A stretch of 63,526 nt of DNA, filler included, from Stramenopiles sp. TOSAG23-3 (Eukaryota): assembly GCA_900128585.1 (NCBI GenBank). It is 16 parts of 16 records of this genome, joined end to end, with 100 filler letters (N's around TTAATTAATTAA, not from the genome) between each part and the next. Parts side by side here need not be neighbours in the genome. Positions count along the whole stretch, not along the records: positions 31,900 to 35,773 come from LT644040.1; positions 35,874 to 39,747 come from LT644041.1; positions 39,848 to 43,719 come from LT644042.1; positions 43,820 to 47,686 come from LT644043.1; 12 more parts are not named here. One strand, given 5' to 3'. Shown piece after piece: positions 35,157 to 47,019 of the stretch. The notes under the pieces were generated by a model. It searched no databases, was not told the origin of the DNA, and saw only the letters and a list, made by a program, of their open reading frames with translations. A program made the translations under genes and the position numbers. Position 1 is the stretch's first letter; every line of letters starts with the position of its first letter.

Positions 35157-35382
35157 GGACAAAATAATCCATCTATAATTAAGGATATATATGTGTTTAT
35201 ATGATTAAATATGCTATGTATATGTACATATGTATATTTTATATCACTTTTTTAATTCTATTTAGGTATTATAAATAGGAAAGTATACATCTGTACATAA
35301 ATATAGAATTATCATTACAACGGGTCTCCTTTCGTTATCTCTATAAATATATATCCTTAATTGTAGGTGGCTTATTTGGTCC
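35157..35382. mobile_element. Family B MITE-like element with about 36-bp imperfect TIRs
   Basis: GGACAAAATAATCCATCTATAATTAAGGATATATAT / ATATATATCCTTAATTGTAGGTGGCTTATTTGGTCC. Confidence 0.65.
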
Positions 35383-35875
35383 GAAAGAGTTGGGTTATGA
35401 TCACTTCTAGTATCTAAATTCCTTTATAAATACAATCTAGGTAGGGCTTATTATTTCAGCATTCCCTTCCTCATTCTTTTTACTGAGAATCTACAACGAC
35501 AAACAACCACCACAAAAAAAACAACAAATACAGAAATGTAGTATTGAAAGTGAATATGACCTATCAAGGATTACGGCCGGGAGGAAGGGAGAAAGAAGTA
35601 AGAGATTTGAGATTTGAGATTACATTTGATTCCGCGAAATCTATCTCTAGCCTCTACCCACTAGAATAAAGTATACTACAGTACAGTACAATACAAAAAG
35701 ACTTGAATAAATAAATAAAATACTTTAAAGTATACTAATTTAAGATATATAAATACAAATATTATTTCTTAAANNNNNNNNNNNNNNNNNNNNNNNNNNN
35801 NNNNNNNNNNNNNNNNNTTAATTAATTAANNNNNNNNNNNNNNNNNNNNNNNNNNNNNNNNNNNNNNNNNNNNGA

Positions 35876-37774
35876 ACTGGTGAACCGCCGCCCCCGGCGA
35901 AAACTGCAGAAAGGGGCAATAAAAGAAAAAAAGCCGCGGATCGTCGGAAAGCGAAACGAAAAGAGAAAAAGAGGAAGCGCAAAATGGCAAAAGATTCGGA
36001 AAAGTTAGTTAGGGACCGGGAGGAACTGGAGAGAGAGGAAAGACTAGAGCCTGGAGCGGAGACGTTTTCTCCCGACACAGACCCTTGGTGCAGACTCGGG
36101 TTGGGAGAGTCGGTGGCTTTGCGGCTTCAGCGACTAAATTTTTCTCGGCCAACACCGATTCAAACGGCGTGCATTCCGAAAGCTATCAGGGACAGGCGGG
36201 ATATTTTAGCAGCTGCAAAGACAGGGTCAGGGAAAACCTTGGCGTTTGGGTTGCCAATCATGCACATGATCGCGCAGCACAAACTGAGGAAGAAGAACCA
36301 GGGTGACGACGACTCAAAAAGCCTTTTAAGTCTTATTCTTACACCAACTCGCGAATTGGCGCTTCAAATTCAAGAACACCTGCTCCCTTGCGCAAAGGTC
36401 ATGGACGTAACTATTGCTGCGATCGTTGGGGGCATATCTGAACAAAAACAAAAGAGGTTTCTTTCAAATAGGCCAGACATTGTAGTCGCTACGCCCGGGC
36501 GGCTGTGGAATTTGCTGTCCATGGGGAACGAATATTTGTCAAAACTTCACTTGCTGCGTTTTCTGGTCTTGGACGAAGCAGATAAAATGGTAGAAAGGGG
36601 GCACTACGAGGAGCTAGACAGTATCGTGCAGAAAATAATTAATCCTCCGTCAATAGAAAACCTAGACGACGAAGAAGTTCAAGACAACAAACTGGTTGAA
36701 AAGCGAAGGAAAGAACTTTTGAGAATGACCAAACGGCAAACACTACTTTTCTCCGCAACCTTGGCAATCGGGGTAAAGGGGAGGATGACCTCCCAGAAGC
36801 GCAAGAGGAAAAAGAAGCGGAGGGACAACAATGAGCAAGCGAGCGATGATAAAAGCAAATCAGTCGAACTGCAAAAGTTGATGGAGCGAGTGGGCCTAAG
36901 AGGGAAACCGTACGTCGTAGACTTTACCATCGATTCCGCTCTGGCCAGCGCCAGTGCAGGGGCAGCAAAACCCCAGAACAACAAGCTGGCTAGAGGCAGC
37001 AGCGGCGGGGGGGGTGGTGCCAGCAAGCCGAGATTGCCGGATGGCCTGGAACTGCGAAGGGTCGAGTGCACGGTCGAACAAAAAGATGTTTATCTATATT
37101 CGTTTTGCAAGCAACAAACTGGGAAAATTTTGGTGTTCGCCAATACTATTGCAGTAGTTCGCAGAATCGTAGAATTGTTGAAAATACTTCGGGTAAATGT
37201 GTACCCCATCCATGCCCAGATGCAACAGCGGCAGCGTATGAAAAATTTAGACCGCTTCCGATCGTCCAAAGATGTTGTATTGGTCGCAACAGATGTCGCT
37301 GCCAGGGGAATAGATGTCAAAGGCATCGATTTCGTTCTTCATTACAACGTGCCGCGCAATGCTGAGTCATTCATCCACCGTTCTGGGCGTACTGCCAGAG
37401 CCAATTCCTGCGGAACGAGTATTGTATTTTCATCTCCACTTGCCCACGAAGTACAAAATTTAGGGAGGATTCTTCACGTGCTGGGTTTAGAACTGCACGA
37501 TATGGAAGATGTTGGGATTAAAATGGCTACCATTAAGCGAGCGACTACCAGGGTAAAACTAGCGCGCCAGATTATGCAGAAAGATGCGAAAGTCAAGCAA
37601 TCGAAATCGAAAGAGAATTGGTTGCTGAAGCAGGCGGAGGCAATGGATATGATTGTTGACGAGGCACTACTCGAGTCATCGAGGCGCAACGGTTCACGAA
37701 CTGATGGTGAAGAGCGCATCTACGCAAGGTTGAAGTATCAATTAAATGACCTGCTGGAAAGAGAAACACTGTAA
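35876..37774 (+). CDS. DDX24: DEAD-box RNA helicase DDX24/Mak5; 5' partial
   Basis: AAKTGSGKTLAFGLP, TPTRELA, VLDEADKMVERGHYEEL, QTLLFSATL, MQQRQRMKNLDRF, HRSGRTARA. Confidence 0.92.
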   Translation, partial: TGEPPPPAKTAERGNKRKKAADRRKAKRKEKKRKRKMAKDSEKLVRDREELEREERLEPGAETFSPDTDPWCRLGLGESVALRLQRLNFSRPTPIQTACIPKAIRDRRDILAAAKTGSGKTLAFGLPIMHMIAQHKLRKKNQGDDDSKSLLSLILTPTRELALQIQEHLLPCAKVMDVTIAAIVGGISEQKQKRFLSNRPDIVVATPGRLWNLLSMGNEYLSKLHLLRFLVLDEADKMVERGHYEELDSIVQKIINPPSIENLDDEEVQDNKLVEKRRKELLRMTKRQTLLFSATLAIGVKGRMTSQKRKRKKKRRDNNEQASDDKSKSVELQKLMERVGLRGKPYVVDFTIDSALASASAGAAKPQNNKLARGSSGGGGGASKPRLPDGLELRRVECTVEQKDVYLYSFCKQQTGKILVFANTIAVVRRIVELLKILRVNVYPIHAQMQQRQRMKNLDRFRSSKDVVLVATDVAARGIDVKGIDFVLHYNVPRNAESFIHRSGRTARANSCGTSIVFSSPLAHEVQNLGRILHVLGLELHDMEDVGIKMATIKRATTRVKLARQIMQKDAKVKQSKSKENWLLKQAEAMDMIVDEALLESSRRNGSRTDGEERIYARLKYQLNDLLERETL

Positions 37775-39094
37775 CCACTTCTTCCCGTAATTCGTTTGTG
37801 CGTGTAGTAGTGTAGTTTATTACACTTATAATAAAAATAATATTTACAACACTTACTTACATACACACAGAGTCAAATTTGAGAGAAAGTAGACCCCACC
37901 AGGAAAATCGACAAAGTGCACGCACGCACGACCGACCCCACCAAACTCTTTTGAAATTCCAAAGAAGAAGTGTATTAATAGGGTTACATAAAGGGTTTAT
38001 ATATAATACAATATTTAGCTTAAATGTGATTCTTTTATATATAATAAGGTTTATTTGTGCCTTTTTTATTAATTTAAATGATTAAAAAGTACAAATAAGT
38101 ATTATTATATAATATAGTTCAAATCTATTTTTATTCAACTATTTATTATTATTTAATTATATTTATGTAAGAAATAGTACTAAATTATATTAAAAATAGA
38201 AAATAAACTATTTCATTTAAAATATAGTTTTTGTTTATTATAATCAATAAAGTAGTTAAATAGATTAAATAATTGCACAAAATAGTCATAATAAGTATTA
38301 TATACGTATAGTAATTCAAATTCAAGAACCCTAATTTAAACCACTGACTTAGGGAGATCCCATTTTTGTGGGAGTCTTCTGCATTTTACTACGCATCTCG
38401 AGGTACTTGAGAGCTATATTATTTATATAGGAAGGAACCAGAAAGGCACACAGCAGCCCTGACTCAAACAAACTACACAGAAATTACCAGCTTTTGTTAT
38501 TATACGAATAGCGGGAGAGACCGAGCGAACGTGTGTTGTTGTTTGTTTGTTGTTGTACTTCTATTTCGGAAGAAGTTTACAAATGAATGATCTCGTGAGC
38601 AGCTAGCTAGCTAGCTGGAGCACATTGAGCGATTACGAAAGCGAGAGGAATTCAAACGCGCTTTTCTTGCCCTCTGAATTTTACTGCACTCCTGTTGGTT
38701 GGTTGTTGACGAGGCAAATTTACGAGTGAGAAAGAAGATGGATGGGGCGGGGCGAGGGCGAGAGAGAAAGGAGACGGCGTAACGAAAATAAATGTGTAAT
38801 ATGAATGGCCTCCATCGAGAGCGAGCGGGCGAGAAAATAGGTGGAGCAGACAAACGGGGGTCATCTTTTTAAGTAAGCTAATCGAGCTCGTGCGGGAGAG
38901 GGTATTAAACTCTGTAATTTTTGTTAATTGTTAACGTGAAGTAACTCTTATAAATGATGGTGATGACGACGACACACACACAAACTGTTCGCAATTATAT
39001 TTATTCACAAATCCCCATATTCTACATCTCAAATCCATACAGGGACAAATATGCAAAAACACTCCAGTATCTTCCCACGTTTTATAATTAATAC

Positions 39095-39525
39095 TCACAA
39101 CGATGGGTCATCTTGTTTCGCAAATGCTGCCCAACTCTGCGATGGAATGCGCCAAGCAGGGGGAATCGGGCGTCGCTTGAGGAATGAAAGCGTTCACAAG
39201 TTAGCAAAATTAAATCGTCATAAGGTTGGTAGGTAAGGCGTAGAGGTAGGTAGGTACGCAAATAGACAGGACAGGTCGGGAGACGAACGACAAGAGAACT
39301 TTAAAAAAAGAACACTCAAGCCGATTAGGGCATAACAAAACTTACCTCAATCGATGCACCTTTTGCAAAAATACTCGCTGATAAGAACCCAATCGCTACA
39401 ACAGCAAACCCGCTATTGCGCCTCCAGTGCTTTGTGTTTCCCCACCAGCCTCCAGCAGGACTCCACACGTATTTTGGATAGGGGAAGAAGCCCCCACCAC
39501 CTGATTTCGGAGCAGTTGGTTTCAT
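39095..39525 (-). CDS. Conserved small single-TM protein (PYPKxVWSPAGGW family, possible complex I accessory subunit); exons 39525-39346 and 39175-39095
   Basis: FPYPKYVWSPAGGWW...WRRNS-TM-SIE|RRPIPPAWRIPSQSW. The intron GTAAGT...GCTAAC...CAAG restores the conserved C-terminus. Confidence 0.8.
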
Positions 39526-40065
39526 GTTTTACTGGTGAGCTTTTCTTTCGCTAAAATAATCGCTGGCGATAGGAAAACTAATGTCTACCAAATTATTACG
39601 ATAATTGTTTTCTTCTATTCTTTCCTTAATTACTTTATTCAAACACAATCGATGTCTCATTTGTTTGAGCGAACGAACGGATGATATGGACGGACGGACG
39701 GACATAACAAATTAGAAGAAGAAGAATGGTCGTATGTTATAATATAANNNNNNNNNNNNNNNNNNNNNNNNNNNNNNNNNNNNNNNNNNNNTTAATTAAT
39801 TAANNNNNNNNNNNNNNNNNNNNNNNNNNNNNNNNNNNNNNNNNNNNCCCCCCCCCGCGGCCCTTCTTCTTTTTCTCTTTCTTTCCTCAGCCAGAGAGAT
39901 GGAATAAAAAAATGTTTCTGTTTTCTAACTGCTCATTTCTTAACATCTCACGGTCTCTCACGGTATTAGGCCGAGAGTTACAAACAGTTGAATGTACACC
40001 AAGCGGTCCAAGGCATTCTCGTATAGTAACGTTTGTCGGTAGTATATTATAGTAAGAGCAGGACA

Positions 40066-40659
40066 ATGGTACAGCAGTTTGTGTGTATCTGGGTGCTTGT
40101 ATTCGGCGGGTGGCTGCTGCGTGGCGGAGTTTTAGGGGTGGAGTACCTCAACGAAGTGGTGTCCTACGGCGACGTATGGGAACGGGAACTGCATTTGCCA
40201 GATAACACAAAAGTGGATCTTGGGGATGGCGACTATGAATATGCCGTTTTATTTGTAAACGTTGTCCCTGTACAGGGTGACGTCGACTTGGTGGTTACTT
40301 CTTGCAATGAAGCAGATATTTACACGGACAACATTGGGTACAGTTATTCTCACGGCACAGAAACTTTGATAGTAGACGTGCACGACTTTGACCGGGTCTG
40401 CCTTCACATAATAGGCAAGCAACGAAAGGCCTTGTCGCATTTTTCAGTTTATGGAGAATTGGTAACGCGGGATGCAGCAAATAAACTGGCATCGTCCCGC
40501 GGAAATTATATTCTCGAAGACAGTTATGACCAAGGGCTGGGGGGCGACCTGGACTCTACCGCCGAGGATACAGATTCGAAAAAACTGTGGGAGGTCCTCA
40601 CAACGGTTGCAAGCGGGCTAGGGAGTCTCATAGTCTTTGTCTTAAAGCTGTTGTCTTGA
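40066..40659 (+). CDS. UPF0669/C6orf120-like protein
   Basis: Signal peptide; VQGDVDLVV, VCLHIIG, and a hydrophobic tail LWEVLTTV...VFVLKLL resemble C6orf120 (LKGDADLYV, VGIGVYG, LWTILISILKL). Confidence 0.55.
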   Translation: MVQQFVCIWVLVFGGWLLRGGVLGVEYLNEVVSYGDVWERELHLPDNTKVDLGDGDYEYAVLFVNVVPVQGDVDLVVTSCNEADIYTDNIGYSYSHGTETLIVDVHDFDRVCLHIIGKQRKALSHFSVYGELVTRDAANKLASSRGNYILEDSYDQGLGGDLDSTAEDTDSKKLWEVLTTVASGLGSLIVFVLKLLS

Positions 40660-40806
40660 AAAATCTATCATGTGCATGTAGGTATATGGCTAAAATACTC
40701 TTAATTCTTAAAATCTCTCAACATCGTGACCGTAAAATTGTAATTGTTTTCATTTCGTGTAACACTACTCATAATAATGTTGGGTTAACGAACTTCACAT
40801 GATAGT

Positions 40807-43719
40807 TTACCGATGATGCTCTCGCACCAAAGACGCAAATGTTCCATAAGGGGTTTCATTCTCACGGTCACCCAAAACGTTCCCCCAGGCATCCATTCCT
40901 TTAATCAGCTTGTTCCCTTTTTCGGCAAGGGCGAAGGACAAGGTCTCGTTCTTCTCTACTCCGAGCAAAGGGTACAACTTGTCGCGTATTTCCATGGCCG
41001 ACTCGTGGTCCATGTCGGCCCACGCGGTTTCTATTAAAATGCCCACGGCCTCGTCACCCTTTTCCTCGTCTTCCGGCAGGACGGCATCCTCGTAAGTCAA
41101 CGTCGCAGTGTACAATTCTTGCGCAGAACGAGAACGGACGATTGGATAAGGGTGCCCTATCATCAACAGTATGGATGCGACGGCCTTCGTGTTTATTGGC
41201 TTTTCGAACGACAGTAGCCCCAGCAACACTTCCAGGGCCGCGAGTAGGCGTATTGGCTGCCGGGTCCTCTGGATCAGGAGCTCCCCGTAGTCCAGAATCT
41301 TTGTAAAAAACGACGTGTGCTCCGGCTTCAACGCATCGAACACCCCGTTTTTCAAGAGCATTGCAATGGTCTTCAAGGCTGGCACAACCAAGCGGGATCC
41401 ACCAGTCTTTAAGAGGTTGAAAATGTTCTCGGCTGCAACGTACAAATCTTTCACATTGCCTGTTTTGTTTCGCCCCTTTGCCCACGCGAGCAGCGCGTCG
41501 CACGCGCCTTTCGCCCCGCCTTGGTTCACGTCCCCAGCAGAGTGCACGACTCCAGCCAGGACGTGCTCACGGTACAAGTCCAGATTCAGCATTTTCACGA
41601 CCCTTGGGTAGATAATCGTCGGGAGGACATACCTTGCGATCTGCGCAGAATCCACCAACTCCAAAAGGTTTTCCCTGTAAGGGATCGCTGGGATTTCTGG
41701 CTCCGTCATGAAAACGATGGTCTCCAAGGCTTTCCCCGCACACTCCCTGACAGAGTCGATCTTTTCTGAAAGCTGGCGGAGCAGACCTCCGACCGCGCGG
41801 GCAGTTAGTTTTGGGCTGTAGAAACGTTTGCGGAACGACGCAGCGAAGGAAGCCGGGGCCGAAGGGTCGATTTTCATGGCCTCGGTCATGGCCGTCAGAC
41901 TCCCTGGCATTCGGTCCTCCGCTGCAGGCAAGATCTCGTCCTTTGAGGGGGAGCCCTCGGCTCCCTGGTTGTTGTTCTCGTCCTGCGGGACATGCCCAAG
42001 CCCCATATCTCTCTTCACGATCGCCCGGAGCACTTTCGGGATCGCATTCATGGAAGACACACGCACCCACGATCCTACATCCCCGCGGGAGTCGGTCGAG
42101 TAGTCATCAATGCCACTCAGCACGGCGTCGAACAGGACCGAGAGCTGTGCGTCGGACATGTTCACCGCAACTTCCTCGCACAAATCTCCGAGGGCGCGGA
42201 CAGCGTTTCGCCGTGTCTCTGCGTCCCTCTCGTGGGCCGCATTGCCTTTCTTCGTTGCCGCTACAATGGTGTTCAGCGCCCGGGTGAACATTTCTGGTTT
42301 GCGAACGGCCCAGCGAGAATAAGGGAGCACCCCAAGGGCCATCACAAACCCGCGCCTGGCCCCGGGGTTGTCGTTGTCCCTCATGATGTCGCAGTACTTC
42401 TCTGGAAACCGCTTGATGTCTTCGTCCAGCTGCGACTCCGACTTTTCGCTTTCGGCTATTACAAAATACTCCTTGGTCATTGCGCGCAAGGCCGCCACTG
42501 CGAATTCTGATATTTCTGGGTTGGGGTGCTTCAGGCATTCGTCAATGGTCTCAACCATGCGCAGTTGGGCCCGGCGCGTGAGGGGGTGCTGCGCCAACGC
42601 CATGCATTCCAGGAGACGGCAGGCCGCCCCGCGCATGATTTCCCCGCCCCGGCCGCGGTAAAGGCGCGCCTTCTCGATCTGCGGCACCAGGTTGCGGATC
42701 GTTTTCAACGTGGCATCAGGCAGGGTGACGTTCGGCACTTTGGAGAGCGCCAAAATCAGCTCTCCCACGAGCATCGTGTTGCCATGACGAATGTTAAGGT
42801 CCGACCGGTTCAAGCAGCGCTTCATGGCCGCCGGGATGATCGTGTCGATGAAGTACTGCGGGTCCAACGGCGCAATCTTCGCCAGTGTTGCGGCGGTCAG
42901 TTTGCGCATGCCGACATCCCAGTGCTGCAGCTTCTGGTTTGCCAAATGGTCCACCACGGCCTTCCGGTATTCGGAATACTGTGCGATGAACGGGCCAAGG
43001 GTCAGGTAGGCGTGGTTCCGGTTGCCCAGCGCAAAGTAGTCGGCCTCCGTGACGATCTCAATCCCATGGACAAAGTTTTCGTGCCCCTGGCGGCCAACGT
43101 TCTCTTGGAACGCTGCGGACGCGGCGCGGCGACAGTTCACTTCTCGGTCGAACAATGCAGTGACCAGCATACCACGCGAAAGCTCGAGTACGTGCGGCTT
43201 CAAAACTTCAGGCGCGTACGCGCGGGCAAAGGCCCAGCAAACGTAGCACGCGGCGTCCCGAACGTGCGACCCAATACTGTGCCGCGCTCGGCGCAAGTCG
43301 TACACGATGGCCTTCATCACCACCGGGACGACCTCTGGCAGGCGCCCTGGGACCAGCAGCCCCCGCCGCGCCAACTCTGCCAGTGCCAGGCATCCCCCAT
43401 GCCATGCCCCATCCCCCTCGCCGTCGGAGAACAAGTTCAACACCTCGCCGACGACATCGTCGGCAAAGTCTCGTGGCAGGCGCCCGGTGATGCGCCCAAC
43501 ACCCTTTGCGGCCGACCAGCGCACGACGGTGTCCTTGTCCCGAAGGCCGATAAGCAGCTGCTCGATGACCTCTTCCATCTCTTCCGGGACGTCTTCGTCG
43601 CTGTCTTCTTCGCCCTGTAATTCGGCGCCGTCGTTGGTTTCGGCAGCAGCAGCGCGCTTGAGTGCGTCCGCAGCAGCCGCCACCCCCGCATTGCTGAGGT
43701 TGTCCAGAAGCGAGCGCTG
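40807..43719 (-). CDS. TBCD: Tubulin-specific chaperone D; 5' partial
   Basis: DKDTVVRWSAAKGVGR, WHGGCLALAELARRGLL, VRDAACYVCWAFARAY, FDREVNCRRAASAAFQENVGRQG, DSRGDVGSWVR. Confidence 0.97.
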   Translation of the reverse strand, partial: QRSLLDNLSNAGVAAAADALKRAAAAETNDGAELQGEEDSDEDVPEEMEEVIEQLLIGLRDKDTVVRWSAAKGVGRITGRLPRDFADDVVGEVLNLFSDGEGDGAWHGGCLALAELARRGLLVPGRLPEVVPVVMKAIVYDLRRARHSIGSHVRDAACYVCWAFARAYAPEVLKPHVLELSRGMLVTALFDREVNCRRAASAAFQENVGRQGHENFVHGIEIVTEADYFALGNRNHAYLTLGPFIAQYSEYRKAVVDHLANQKLQHWDVGMRKLTAATLAKIAPLDPQYFIDTIIPAAMKRCLNRSDLNIRHGNTMLVGELILALSKVPNVTLPDATLKTIRNLVPQIEKARLYRGRGGEIMRGAACRLLECMALAQHPLTRRAQLRMVETIDECLKHPNPEISEFAVAALRAMTKEYFVIAESEKSESQLDEDIKRFPEKYCDIMRDNDNPGARRGFVMALGVLPYSRWAVRKPEMFTRALNTIVAATKKGNAAHERDAETRRNAVRALGDLCEEVAVNMSDAQLSVLFDAVLSGIDDYSTDSRGDVGSWVRVSSMNAIPKVLRAIVKRDMGLGHVPQDENNNQGAEGSPSKDEILPAAEDRMPGSLTAMTEAMKIDPSAPASFAASFRKRFYSPKLTARAVGGLLRQLSEKIDSVRECAGKALETIVFMTEPEIPAIPYRENLLELVDSAQIARYVLPTIIYPRVVKMLNLDLYREHVLAGVVHSAGDVNQGGAKGACDALLAWAKGRNKTGNVKDLYVAAENIFNLLKTGGSRLVVPALKTIAMLLKNGVFDALKPEHTSFFTKILDYGELLIQRTRQPIRLLAALEVLLGLLSFEKPINTKAVASILLMIGHPYPIVRSRSAQELYTATLTYEDAVLPEDEEKGDEAVGILIETAWADMDHESAMEIRDKLYPLLGVEKNETLSFALAEKGNKLIKGMDAWGNVLGDRENETPYGTFASLVREHHR

Positions 43720-43849
43720 NNNNNNNNNNNNNNNNNNNNNNNNNNNNNNNNNNNNNNNNNNNNTTAATTAATTAANNNNNNNNNNNNNNNNNNNNNNNNN
43801 NNNNNNNNNNNNNNNNNNNAAAAAAAAAATTATGAAAAAAAATTAATTA

Positions 43850-44605
43850 ATGTTTTTATCTAAATTAAAATATTTAAAAAAACAAAAACTAAGTAAAAAT
43901 CAAAAATCAGGGCGTAATAATTCTGGTCGTATTACTGTACGTAGACGTGGAGGAGGGCATAAACGCTCTATTCGTATAATAAATTGAACAGGTGAATTAA
44001 AAAATTCTTTATTAATAGGAGTATCGTATAATCCTATTAAATCGGGGATGCTTTTTCAATTTATTAATAAAGAATCAGGAGAAATCTTTTATCAGCCTGC
44101 AACTTCAAAATTTTCGTTATTAGAAGGATTAAATTTAAATGATTCTTCTAATTCAGATCATTTTCGTGAGCCGTTAAGTAACTTTAATATTGGAGATTTT
44201 TGTAGTCATATAGGATCTTCAAAAATTAATTATATTAAAGCCTCGGGATCTGGAGGAAAAGCATTACAACGTAATACTTGAATTAAAAATTATATGTTAA
44301 TTGTTTTACCTTCAGGAGAACAAAAATTATTTTTAAAAACTCAATCCGCTGTTAAAGGGGCTAATTTAGGAAATACTAAATTATTTGAAAAATTAAAAAT
44401 GGCAGGACGTTCTCGTTGGTTAAGTAAACGCCCTTCTGTACGAGGAGTTGCTATGAATCCTATAGATCATCCTCATGGAGGAGGTGAAGGAAAAACTTCG
44501 GGAGGTAGACCTTCAGTAAGTAAATGAGGTCGTTTAACTAAAAATGTTAAAACTCGTAAAACAAAACGTGCACTTTGACAAATTTTTAGTCGAAAAAAAA
44601 AATAA
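43850..44605 (+). CDS. rpl2: Mitochondrial ribosomal protein L2 (TGA=Trp)
   Basis: [42 protein letters not shown][TGA]G at the conserved WG; ends TAA. Confidence 0.95.
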
Positions 44606-44610
44606 AGTTT

Positions 44611-44865
44611 ATGCATAAACGTTCAAACTGAAAATTTAATTACGTTCATAAAGATTTGTATCAGTTTTTTTTTTTAAATGATAAAAATGTAATTTATAAA
44701 ACACAAGCTCGAAGTAGTACTATTTTACCTTTAATTATGAATATTAATGTAGGAGTACATGATGGTTATACTTTTTTTAAGTTAACCCCTAATGCTTCTA
44801 TGGTAGGATATAAACTTGGAGAATTCGTACGTACTCGTCAAGCATTCCGTTATGGGAAAAAATAA
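44611..44865 (+). CDS. rps19: Mitochondrial ribosomal protein S19
   Basis: RSN[TGA]K at RSxWK; RSSTILP, VHDG, MVGYKLGEFVRTR. Confidence 0.95.
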
Positions 44866-44875
44866 CTTTTAATTT

Positions 44876-45526
44876 ATGGGAATCAAAGGACAAAAAGTTA
44901 ACCCCGTAGGATGACGTGTAGGTTTCTATAGAAAATGAAAAACTTTATGATATGAAGAAAGTTGAAATTATGGTTTAATGTTAAATAAAACATTACGTAT
45001 TAATGAATTAATGCAAAGTTTTTTATTATATAAGCGTTTACCCGCTTTAAATTGTAATATAATGGTTGCAAATCAAGGGACAGAAAAATTTATTATTCTA
45101 GTTTATTTTTATAATTTACGAGAAGAAGAAACATCTCAAGTAAAAAAACGTCGTAAACGATTAAAAGGAGCTTCTCGTTTTCAATCTGTTCGTATTTTAT
45201 GAGATTTTGAAAAAAAATATACTCGTATAAAAAAACAAAAACGTTTAAAAATTTTTTCTGCATTAAATTCTGCAAAAAATGAAATTTTATTTAATAAAAA
45301 TTTATTAAAAGATGAAAAAGTAGTTGCAAAAAGAGTTACTTATAAAGCATTATATTTTCGTACTTTTTCTAGAAGAAAATTACGTCCATTAAAAAAATAT
45401 ACTATTTTATCTAATACTTTTTTAAAAGATTCATCAAAAATGTTACATCAATTTTTTTTTGAAAAAAAAAAGAACAATTATTTTTTTTTGAAAATTATTT
45501 TTTATATTTTTTTCAAAAAAAAATAA
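44876..45526 (+). CDS. rps3: Mitochondrial ribosomal protein S3, N-terminal part
   Basis: GQKVNPVGWRVGFYRKWKTLWY (TGA read as W); ends TAA at 45524-45526. Confidence 0.88.
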
Positions 45527-45543
45527 ATAGTTTTGATACTTCA

Positions 45544-47016
45544 ATGATTACTTATTTAAAAAATTATTGATTATTATTTTTAGAATCTCCTCTATTAGCT
45601 TCTTTTTTAGCTTTAAAACATGATGAAGAATTTATTCCTGATTTTCAGCGAGCAAATACTTTAAATGAATATGATATGACATTATTTTTTTATAATAGTT
45701 TATCAATAAGTCAAGGATTAAATATGGCAGCGTTAATGAAAATTAAACAACAAAAAGAAAATATTAAAGTACTTCCAGTATTTAATGTACAAAACGTTTT
45801 ACCAAAAAAAAAATTAACTTTAAAAGCTAATTATTTTCTTAAACGTTTAACAGATTTAAGTTTAATTTTACAAAAAAAGAAAGCAAAAAAAACTGCAGCA
45901 GAAATTGCTGAGGAAAATAATAAAAAAAATTGACGTTTACGTCGTGAATTAAGTTTACATCAAAAATTGATAGGGATTCGTGAATTAGCCATTCAGCGTA
46001 AATTTGTACGTTTAAAAATGCTTCCGTATAAGCAAGTATGAATGACACACTTTAATCCTGTAGTTTTTAAATTTAATAGGTTATCATTGCCTACTTTAGC
46101 AGATGCTCATTTTAGATCAAAAATTTTACGTTTATATTTAGAAAAAATTAGTTATCATATTTATTATTCTTTTCCTTATATTACTTTAGAAGGTATTAGA
46201 AAATCTATAGAACTTTCAAAAAAACGTCGCGCTGAAGCAAAAAAGAAAAAAAAAGAAGATCTTCCATTAAAAAATGTTATTTTACAAAATTTTGGTAAAG
46301 ATTTACATAATAAAATTCATTTAAGTAATAAAAAATGATTTTTTTCTTTACAGCATTTACATAATTCTTTACAATTTATTTTACAATCTAAAGTGGATAT
46401 TTTTTTTATTAATACTCATAGTTTATTAAGATATAAAACAAGATTAATCCCTTTAGATGTTAAAGGTTCTATTCGTAAATTAGGGGCTGAGTATTTATGA
46501 CGCCATACTAAATTACAAAAAATTAATACAAATCGTCAATATCAAAAAGTCTTAAAAAATCCTTTTTTAATTGAACGTAGAGGAAAACGCAAAGGACCTT
46601 TTTTACGTGATTTTGTTTTATTAATTCTTATTGCTTTACTTACCCGAAATTTTAAAGTTTTATTAAAGTTTATTAATTATCAAACTAAAAATATGTCTAA
46701 AACTAAAAGACAAATTCCTTTTATACGCTTTTTAATGCGTTTAATAACAAATTTAGCCGGAAGTGTAGTTCGTGTTAAAGGACTTAGAATTCAATTTAAA
46801 GGGCGTTTTGATCGTTGAAATAGAACAAAATCATTAGTTTTTACTAGTGGAAATATTCCTTTACAGCGTAAAGATGCTGATATAGAATATGGATCATCTC
46901 ATGGTCTTGTAAAAAAAGGAGTTTATGGTATTCGACTTTGAGTTTGATACGGTCGTTATTATCATAAATCTTATAAAAATTTATTTATAAGTTATTGATA
47001 TTTTAAACGTAACTAA
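45544..47016 (+). CDS. rps3: Mitochondrial ribosomal protein S3, C-terminal part in a different frame (open from 45415)
   Basis: VKGLRIQFKGRFDRWNRTKS...GNIPLQ...IEYG...GVYGIRLWV; ATG at 45544, TAA at 47014-47016. Confidence 0.88.
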
Positions 47017-47019
47017 ATT

